From positions 1,515,622 through 1,547,621 of the forward strand of contig CP113000.1 in NCBI GenBank assembly GCA_026625185.1: a DNA stretch of 32,000 nt, in the 5' to 3' direction. Both the position numbers and the translations under genes were made by a program. This document shows, piece after piece, positions 10,054-17,089 of the stretch. The notes below the pieces were generated by a model. It was not told where the DNA came from. It did not search any database and saw only the letters and a program-made list of their open reading frames with translations. Source of the stretch: Thermodesulfobacteriota bacterium (GTDB lineage Bacteria; Desulfobacterota; WTBG01; JAGOGO01). Every line of letters starts with the position of its first letter. Position 1 is the stretch's first letter.

Positions 10054-10141
10054 AAATCAGGAGACAAGAGTCAGGAGACAGAAGTAGGGGTGCCGCTTGC
10101 TGCGCCCGATAGACTAATCCTTAAAACATATTAATAACATT

Positions 10142-11077
10142 ATGACAAAATTAAACGTGGGTGTGGTAGGCGCAGGGTATTTCGGAAAATTTCACGCGGA
10201 AAAATATACTCACATCCCCGAAGTAAATATGGTCGGGGTTATGGATATTAACCCGGAGCGCGCTCGGGAAGTTGCGAAAAAAAATCAGACCACGCCTTTC
10301 TTTGATCCAAAACAATTTTATGGCAAGGTAGAAGCGGTGAGCATCGCTGTCCCCACGCCGCTTCATTATGTCGTCGCTTTCGAGTTTCTGAAGCGGGGAA
10401 TCCATGTTCTGTTAGAAAAACCAATAACCTCTAAAGTAAGTGAAGCTAAAAAGTTAGTAGAACTCGCGCAAGCCAAAAATCTTATTTTTCAAGTTGGCCA
10501 TCTCGAGAGGTTCAACCCCGCCCTTACTCCTTTGCGATCAACCCTAATTAATCCCCGGTTTATCGAATCGCATCGTCTCAGGTCGTTTATTGAACGAGCG
10601 ATTGATGTGGATGTGATCATGGACCTTATGATCCATGATATTGACATCATCTTAAGCCTGGTAAAGGCGGAGGTAAAAGAAATTCGCGCCACGGGAGTCC
10701 CGGTGATTTCTTCGCACGTCGACATTGCCAATGCCCGCATAGCTTTTCAAAATGGATGCGTGGCCAATGTCACCGCCAGTAGAGTCTCCCTTAAGTCCAT
10801 GCGTAAAATCCGAATCTTCCAGCCGGATGCCTACTTTTCCATTGACTTTGCCACCCGTGAGGTCTCTATTCACCGCAAAGAACCTGCTCCCCAAGGAGCT
10901 TTTTTCCCGAGAATCGTGGAAGATAAATTTTCTTCTCCCGAATATGACGCTCTCCAGTTGGAGGTTCAATCCTTTGTCAACGCAGTACTCACCAAAACTC
11001 CCCCCGTAGTAACAGGCATGGATGGCCTCAAGGCGTTAGAGGTTGCCCGCGAGATTCATAAACAGATTGGAGTTTGA
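10142..11077 (+). CDS. Gfo/Idh/MocA-family NAD(P)-dependent oxidoreductase embedded in the lpx cluster (possibly GnnA-like)
   Basis: 311 aa. N-terminal Rossmann motif VGVVGAGYFGKFH and the EKP motif (LLEKPIT). No obvious SD upstream. Confidence 0.8.
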   Translation: MTKLNVGVVGAGYFGKFHAEKYTHIPEVNMVGVMDINPERAREVAKKNQTTPFFDPKQFYGKVEAVSIAVPTPLHYVVAFEFLKRGIHVLLEKPITSKVSEAKKLVELAQAKNLIFQVGHLERFNPALTPLRSTLINPRFIESHRLRSFIERAIDVDVIMDLMIHDIDIILSLVKAEVKEIRATGVPVISSHVDIANARIAFQNGCVANVTASRVSLKSMRKIRIFQPDAYFSIDFATREVSIHRKEPAPQGAFFPRIVEDKFSSPEYDALQLEVQSFVNAVLTKTPPVVTGMDGLKALEVAREIHKQIGV

Positions 11078-11084
11078 CGGAACA

Positions 11085-12254
11085 GTGGGCGTAACGTCCG
11101 GAAAAAAAATCCTGATGATCGCTGGTGAAGCCTCGGGTGATCTCCATGGTTCTCATCTGGTAAAGGAACTGCTCTCTTTAGACCCACGTCTTCAGTTTTA
11201 TGGGGTCGGGGGAGAGAAAATGAAAAATGAGGGAGTTGAATTAATTGCCGAGAGCAAAGAGATGGCGGTTGTGGGTATAACTGAGGTCCTTTTAAAGCTT
11301 AAAAGTATCTTCCGGATCTACCGGAAACTTAAAAATTCGCTGGCCGCTCATTCTCCCTCCCTGGTGATCCTTATTGATTATCCCGACTTTAATCTTCATT
11401 TCGCCCGGGAAGCAAAAAAGAAGAATATCCCCATCGTTTATTATATCAGCCCACAGGTTTGGGCGTGGCGGAAAGGACGGATTAAGAAGATCGGTCGGTT
11501 AATAAAAAAAATGATTGTGATTTTTCCTTTTGAAAAAAAAATCTATGAAGAAGCGAAGATAGACGTTGATTTCGTGGGACATCCGCTCTTAGACTCAATC
11601 CGGCCGCGATTTTCTCGTGAGGAAGCGTTTCAAAAATTCTCGCTCACCTCTGGAATTGTGACGATCGGTCTGTTGCCCGGGAGTCGAATGAATGAAGTTA
11701 GGCGTCTTCTTCCTCCGATGATAGAAGCTATTCCTTTAATTTCAAAGCAAATAAATCAGGTGCAGTTTATCATTCCGGTCGCTCCCGGACTCGACTTGGG
11801 AGAAGTTAAAAATTTAGTGGGTGGTAAGCGTGAAAACATTCGCGTGGTAGAAAACAATATTTATGATGTCATGCGAATTTCCGACGTCGTTATCGTCGCT
11901 TCGGGCACCGCGACCATAGAGGCGGCCATAATGGGCGCTCCTATGATTGTGGTTTATCGGGTCTCACCGCTCACCTACCTGCTCGGGAAAATGTTGATAA
12001 AAGTAAAAAACATTGGTATGGTAAATATTATCGCCGGAAAAACCGTTGTCCCAGAGTTGATTCAAAAAGATGTAACCCCAGAAAAAATAACCAGCGCTGT
12101 TCTCCGGATACTTGAAAACCCGTCCAAACAGGAAGAGATAAAAAAAGAGCTCAGCAGCCTTAAAGAAAAAATCGGAAAGCCGGGAGCATCTTTTCGAGCT
12201 GCTCAAATCATCGTCAGTTTTCTTCAAAGACACGCTAATAATGGAAAACTATAA
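11085..12254 (+). CDS. lpxB: Lipid-A-disaccharide synthase
   Basis: KILMIAGEASGDLHG N-terminus and GT-B fold features (LLPGSR..EV; SGTATIEAAIMGAPMIV). The track ORF opens at TTG 11043, but GTG 11085 (just after the upstream stop at 11077) or ATG 11115 is a more plausible start. Confidence 0.85.
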   Translation: MGVTSGKKILMIAGEASGDLHGSHLVKELLSLDPRLQFYGVGGEKMKNEGVELIAESKEMAVVGITEVLLKLKSIFRIYRKLKNSLAAHSPSLVILIDYPDFNLHFAREAKKKNIPIVYYISPQVWAWRKGRIKKIGRLIKKMIVIFPFEKKIYEEAKIDVDFVGHPLLDSIRPRFSREEAFQKFSLTSGIVTIGLLPGSRMNEVRRLLPPMIEAIPLISKQINQVQFIIPVAPGLDLGEVKNLVGGKRENIRVVENNIYDVMRISDVVIVASGTATIEAAIMGAPMIVVYRVSPLTYLLGKMLIKVKNIGMVNIIAGKTVVPELIQKDVTPEKITSAVLRILENPSKQEEIKKELSSLKEKIGKPGASFRAAQIIVSFLQRHANNGKL

Positions 12255-14034
12255 ACGCCTTCTCCGCTACGTTAAGCCTTACTGGCCCAGGCTCTTAATC
12301 GCTATGATCTTTATGGGGATTTATTCCGCGACTGCCGGCGGTTTAGCGTATTTAATGAAGCCGGCGATTGATGATGTTTTTATCAAAAAAAATGTTCTGA
12401 TGTTAAAAATAATTCCCTTCTCCATCATTGGGGTGGTAATTATAAAGGGAATTGCCGACTATTTACAGGCCTACTACATGACCTATGTGGGCTTAAGTGT
12501 GATTCGGAACATCAGAGACGAGCTTTATTCCCATCTCCAAAGCCTCTCCATCTCTTTTTTCAGCAAAACCCCGACCGGCACCCTGATTTCGCGCATCACC
12601 AATGATGTCAATCTTGTTCAACACGCGGTTTCGGACACCATCACCAGCATAATTAAAGATTTCTTCACCCTCATCGCTCTCACTGGCGTCGTGTTTTATC
12701 GGGACTGGAAATTAGCTGCCATGGCTCTCCTTGTTTTTCCGTGGGCCATCATTCCTATGCAGAAATTCGGCAAGAGAGTCCGCAAATTTGCCTCTCAAGG
12801 ACAGATAAGAATGGCGAACATCTCCACCCACCTCCATGAAACCATCACCGGCCATCGGATTATCAAGGCCTTTGGTATGGAAGACTATGAAATCCGACGT
12901 TTTGCCGAAGAAAATAAAAAATATTTTCGTTACATGCTGAAACGAATGTTAACACGGGCCTTATCTTCCCCAATAGTGGAATCTTTTGGCGTGGTAGTCA
13001 TATCTTTATTCATTTTCTATGGAGGCTTTCGAGTAATCAGAGGAGAAATAACCGCCGGGGATTTTTTCATGATTATGGCTGCCCTGGGAATGTGTTATCA
13101 GCCGGTAAAAGGACTCAATAAATCCAACCAAACTGTTCAGGAAGGCATGGCCGGCGCAGCCCGAATTTTTGCCATCCTTGATACCAAACCGGACATTGTT
13201 GATCATCCCGAAGCGAGAGATATCCCTTCAATTAAATCCGGCATAGAGTTTAAAAACGTTTGGTTTAAATACGAAGAAGATTGGGTGCTGAAAAATATTA
13301 ACCTTAAGGTCACGGTTGGCGATATCATTGCTTTAGTAGGCCCGAGTGGAGCGGGGAAGACCACCCTGGTTAACCTTCTTCCCCGTTTTTATGATGTTCA
13401 GGAGGGTCAAATTCTTATTGATGGTCAAGACATTCGGAAAGCAACCATCGCCTCACTCAGGGATCATATCGCCCTGGTCACTCAGCAAACCATCCTTTTT
13501 AACGACACCGTAGGCTATAACATCGGTTATGGTAAAGCTGAAAAAGATGAGCCAAAAATTATTGCCGCGGCAAAAGCTGCTAATGCGCATCATTTTATCC
13601 GGAATTTTCCTCAGGGGTATAATACCATTATCGGAGAACAAGGCGTAAAACTCTCCGGAGGGGAAAAGCAGAGAATAACTATTGCCCGCGCTATTTTAAA
13701 AAATGCGCCGATCCTTATACTGGACGAGGCAACATCTTCACTTGATAGTGAGTCGGAATTAGAAGTGCAAAAAGCATTAGAAAATCTGATGCAAAACCGC
13801 ACTACCTTCGTGATTGCTCATCGTTTATCGACGATTAAAAAAGCGAACAAAATTATTGTATTTACGAACGGGGAAATCGTCGGAGAAGGAACCCATGAAG
13901 AATTACTCAAAGCGAACGCGGTTTATAAGAAGCTCTATGAGACCCAATTTCTGGGATATATGTCAAATCCCCCTGAAGCAATAGAACCAATCCCCTCAGA
14001 GGACAAGACACAGCCTTCAACCGGTGTTCTCTAA
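12241..14034 (+). CDS. msbA: Lipid A export ABC transporter MsbA (fused permease/ATPase)
   Basis: 597 aa. Six-TM ABC exporter domain, then an NBD with Walker A GPSGAGKTT, signature LSGGEKQRITIARA and Walker B ILILDEATSSLD. Overlaps the lpxB stop by 14 nt. Confidence 0.85.
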   Translation: MENYKRLLRYVKPYWPRLLIAMIFMGIYSATAGGLAYLMKPAIDDVFIKKNVLMLKIIPFSIIGVVIIKGIADYLQAYYMTYVGLSVIRNIRDELYSHLQSLSISFFSKTPTGTLISRITNDVNLVQHAVSDTITSIIKDFFTLIALTGVVFYRDWKLAAMALLVFPWAIIPMQKFGKRVRKFASQGQIRMANISTHLHETITGHRIIKAFGMEDYEIRRFAEENKKYFRYMLKRMLTRALSSPIVESFGVVVISLFIFYGGFRVIRGEITAGDFFMIMAALGMCYQPVKGLNKSNQTVQEGMAGAARIFAILDTKPDIVDHPEARDIPSIKSGIEFKNVWFKYEEDWVLKNINLKVTVGDIIALVGPSGAGKTTLVNLLPRFYDVQEGQILIDGQDIRKATIASLRDHIALVTQQTILFNDTVGYNIGYGKAEKDEPKIIAAAKAANAHHFIRNFPQGYNTIIGEQGVKLSGGEKQRITIARAILKNAPILILDEATSSLDSESELEVQKALENLMQNRTTFVIAHRLSTIKKANKIIVFTNGEIVGEGTHEELLKANAVYKKLYETQFLGYMSNPPEAIEPIPSEDKTQPSTGVL

Positions 14035-14060
14035 GCTCACCCTCTTTTGAACTAATCACC

Positions 14061-15050
14061 ATGGCCCAAAAAAGATCGAGACCTAAAGTATATACCGTTG
14101 GACTGAAAGATTACATCGCTTATTTTTTTGAACGCCTTTTTTTAGCGTGTTTTATTTTTTTTACGCGGTTTATCCCGATCACCTATCTTTACCCGGCAGC
14201 AGCGCGTATCGGAAAAATAGGAGCGGTTCTTTCTCCTGCTTACAAACAAAGGATACTGGGAAATCTTAACCTGGCCTTCGGAAAAGAAAAAAAGACAAGG
14301 GAGAAGTTGGCGCTTTATCGAGAGGCTACAATCAATACCATCAAAAACTATTTTGAAATGCTCGCGGTCATCAACGCGCTCAATAAGCGCTACCTTAACA
14401 GCGCGATTCAGATTGAGGGAAGGGAGAACCTTGAAGCGTCGCTCAAAAAAGGGAAAGGTGTCATTGCCGTCGGGGGTCACTTAGGAAGTTTCACCCTCGT
14501 GGGAATCAAATTGCAGGAGCAAGGTTTTCCATTTCATACTGTTGGGCGGGGGATTACTGATCCTTTAAGAAGAAACGTTTATGAAAAATACCGTCGAGAA
14601 CAAGGCCAGCCGTTCATCTACACCCGCACCTCCCGGGAAGCATTTAATATCACCTTGCAAGTTCTTAAGCAAAACGAAATCATTTTTCTCATCACCGATG
14701 AAAACCGGCGCTTTGGAGGGGTGTTTGTAGATTTTTTTAATCGCCCGGCCTCAACGACTCCGGGTCCGGCGCTTCTCCATCTTCGCACTGGCGCGGATAT
14801 TATCCCGATTATTTTGCTCCGTAACCCGGATAATACCCATAAACTGATTATTGAGCCGCCCCTGTCGTTCTCATATAAGGGAAATCATGAGGAGGACGTG
14901 AAAGAGATCACTCAGGTGATCACCCAAAAAATCGAAGAGTACATTCGCAAATACCCCACTCAGTGGATGTGGACTAACCGGCGTTGGCGCACCCGTCCTT
15001 CTGAAGAAAAAGCCAAAGGGAAAACTGATCCTGCATATCGACGCTATTGA
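14061..15050 (+). CDS. Lipid A biosynthesis (Kdo)2-lipid IVA acyltransferase family protein (LpxL/HtrB-like lysophospholipid acyltransferase)
   Basis: 329 aa. N-terminal membrane anchor, the family-typical NL..AFG...... region, the VGGHLGSF His motif, and C-terminal PTQWMWTNRRWR. Last gene of the lpx/msbA run. Confidence 0.75.
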   Translation: MAQKRSRPKVYTVGLKDYIAYFFERLFLACFIFFTRFIPITYLYPAAARIGKIGAVLSPAYKQRILGNLNLAFGKEKKTREKLALYREATINTIKNYFEMLAVINALNKRYLNSAIQIEGRENLEASLKKGKGVIAVGGHLGSFTLVGIKLQEQGFPFHTVGRGITDPLRRNVYEKYRREQGQPFIYTRTSREAFNITLQVLKQNEIIFLITDENRRFGGVFVDFFNRPASTTPGPALLHLRTGADIIPIILLRNPDNTHKLIIEPPLSFSYKGNHEEDVKEITQVITQKIEEYIRKYPTQWMWTNRRWRTRPSEEKAKGKTDPAYRRY

Positions 15051-15163
15051 ACCACTGCCTTTGATGGGTTAAGAGATAGGAAGGTTTGGTCGTGTCTTTT
15101 TTGCCGTTGTCAAACATCTTTAGTAAATAGGGAAGGCAGGTGAAGATTTAAATAAAATCAAGA

Positions 15164-15616
15164 CTAACGTACCTTATGGCGCTGTGAAATGTTTTCCCAT
15201 ACTGCCTGCAACCCCAAAAGATAGCTGGTAGCCCCAAAACCGGAAATTACTCCAAGCGCTATCGGGGCGGTTAAAGATTTTTGACGAAATTCTTCCCGGC
15301 GATAAATATTAGAAAGATGGACCTCGACAGTAGGAATTTTCGCGGCTGCTAACGCATCCCGAATAGCAATACTGGTGTGAGTGTACGCGGCGGGGTTGAT
15401 CACCATAGCATCAACGGTCCCTTTTGCCTCCTGAATTTTGGTTACCAATTCCCCTTCATGGTTTGATTGATAGAGGTCCACCACGAATCCTTTTTCTTTA
15501 GCAAACTTTTTAATCCGCTTATTAATCTCCGCCAACGTGAGATCTCCGTAAATTTCATTTTCCCGGCTTCCCAGAAGATTAAGGTTGGGACCATGAAGCA
15601 CTAAGATTTTTTTCAC
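15164..15616 (-). CDS. aroQ: 3-dehydroquinate dehydratase, type II
   Basis: 150 aa. [33 protein letters not shown] and EVHLSNI motifs. Confidence 0.92.
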   Translation of the reverse strand: MKKILVLHGPNLNLLGSRENEIYGDLTLAEINKRIKKFAKEKGFVVDLYQSNHEGELVTKIQEAKGTVDAMVINPAAYTHTSIAIRDALAAAKIPTVEVHLSNIYRREEFRQKSLTAPIALGVISGFGATSYLLGLQAVWENISQRHKVR

Positions 15617-15638
15617 TTTTTTTCCCTCCCGTTTTCTC

Positions 15639-16823
15639 TTAAAAATTTTTTAACCTTTCCACATAGTGGTGATAATGAGAACGGATATCTTCGATCGAGT
15701 CGCCTCCAAACTTTTCCAAAAATGCCCGCGCTATCTCAAAGGCGACCGCTGATTCTCCAATCACCGCCAGAGATGGGACGCGGCAAACGTCTGAGCGTTC
15801 AACTGCCGCTTCCACCGGCTCTTTACTCACGAGGTCCACTGACTTTAAAGGTTTCATGAGGGTCGATATAGGCTTCATCGCGCACCTGATCACTAATGAT
15901 TCTCCATTAGTGATCCCCCCTTCGATTCCTCCGGCATTGTTGCTTTTGTGAAAAAATCCCCATAACCTCTTGTCCCCGGAGGGCGTCTCATAAAATATTT
16001 CATCATGCACCTGCGAGCCAAATCGGTGCGCGCTTTCAAAACCAAGTCCGATTTCCACTCCTTTTACTGCCTGAATACTCATGAGCGACTGCGCTATTCT
16101 TCCGTCCAGTTTTCGGTCCCAATGGACATGACTCCCCAGTCCGGGAGGAAGGCCGATAACAACGATTTCCGCTGTACCACCCAAGGTATCACCTTTGTGT
16201 TTGGCTTCATCAATTCGGCTTTTCATCTTTTTTTCCGCTTCTTCATCCGCGCAACGCAGTTCGGAGTTTTCCGACCGGGAAACAATTTCAATAAAAGGCA
16301 TTCCGGTGTAATCCGCTTCAATCCCTCCAATTGATTTAGTATAAGAGTAAAAACTGATACCAAACGCCTGAAGAAAAGTTTTGCATACCGCCCCTACCGC
16401 AACCCGGGCAGCAGTCTCCCGCGCGCTCGACCGCTCTAAAATATTGCGAGCATCTTTTTGATTATACTTGAGCGCCCCGGCTAAGTCGGCATGGCCCGGC
16501 CGCGGACGCGTAACCAATAAAGCCTCATCTTTATCTTCCTCCTTGATAGACATCTTCGCCTGCCAGTTGACCCAATCCTTATTGGAGATAACAAGGCAAA
16601 GGGGAGCGCCCAGAGTCTTTCCCCAGCGCACTCCGGCAATGATTTCTACTTTATCATCCTCAATCTCCATCCGCCCGCCTCGGCCGTAGCTTACCTGCCT
16701 ACGCCTCAGGTCACGATCAATATCTTCCGGCTGCAAGAGGATTCCCGCCGGAAGTCCTTCAATAATCACCGACAAGGATTTCCCATGAGATTCACCTGCG
16801 GTAAGAAATCGTAGTATATCCAT
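15639..16823 (-). CDS. aroC: Chorismate synthase
   Basis: 394 aa. [11 protein letters not shown]-terminus, RPGHADL, and [11 protein letters not shown] motifs. A 22-nt gap to aroQ suggests an operon. Confidence 0.93.
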   Translation of the reverse strand: MDILRFLTAGESHGKSLSVIIEGLPAGILLQPEDIDRDLRRRQVSYGRGGRMEIEDDKVEIIAGVRWGKTLGAPLCLVISNKDWVNWQAKMSIKEEDKDEALLVTRPRPGHADLAGALKYNQKDARNILERSSARETAARVAVGAVCKTFLQAFGISFYSYTKSIGGIEADYTGMPFIEIVSRSENSELRCADEEAEKKMKSRIDEAKHKGDTLGGTAEIVVIGLPPGLGSHVHWDRKLDGRIAQSLMSIQAVKGVEIGLGFESAHRFGSQVHDEIFYETPSGDKRLWGFFHKSNNAGGIEGGITNGESLVIRCAMKPISTLMKPLKSVDLVSKEPVEAAVERSDVCRVPSLAVIGESAVAFEIARAFLEKFGGDSIEDIRSHYHHYVERLKNF

Positions 16824-16866
16824 GTGTTCTCTTTTTACCTCGTTAGAAATGCCTCTCTACCCTGTC

Positions 16867-16881
16867 AGATATCAAATATCT
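16867..16881. promoter_or_regulatory. Perfect 6-3-6 palindrome (agatat-caa-atatct) in the aroC leader, nested in a larger imperfect stem (16859-16904)
   Basis: Seen directly. It lies about 45-60 nt upstream of the aroC ATG. The flanking accctgt (16859-16865) pairs with acagggt (16898-16904). Function is unknown. Confidence 0.25.
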
Positions 16882-17029
16882 AACCGGGTGAAGAAGCACA
16901 GGGTTAGATTAAAGATTTTTACATTTTTTCAAAGGGGGTAAATGTCCTTTGTGGAATCCTTCTAACGGTGTTTACTCCCGTATTCTGCATCACCTGCGAA
17001 ATGGATTTCTATTACAAGTGACCTTTTGT

Positions 17030-17068
17030 AAAAAAAATGCACCCCGTAGTGAAAGGGTGCATTTTTTT
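17030..17068. terminator. Bidirectional rho-independent terminator downstream of pilQ
   Basis: An A8 run, then the stem atgcaccc (17037-17044) / gggtgcat (17055-17062) with a 10-nt loop, then a T7 run. On the minus strand the hairpin is followed by T8, 22 nt after the pilQ stop. Confidence 0.75.
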
Positions 17069-17089
17069 AAATGCAAGCCTGGTGTTACC

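Noticed and set aside
10057-10080. Direct repeat tcaggagaca...tcaggagaca (period 14) in the lpxI-oxidoreductase spacer
   Set aside because: There are only two 10-nt copies, with no palindromic character and no positional relation to a recognisable promoter. It is too short to distinguish from chance.
15051-15163. Search for a terminator in the convergent lpxL-like/aroQ spacer
   Set aside because: There is only a T6 run without an adjacent GC-rich stem, plus a distant 7-bp ctgcctt/aaggcag pairing enclosing about 75 nt. Neither is convincing as an intrinsic terminator on either strand.
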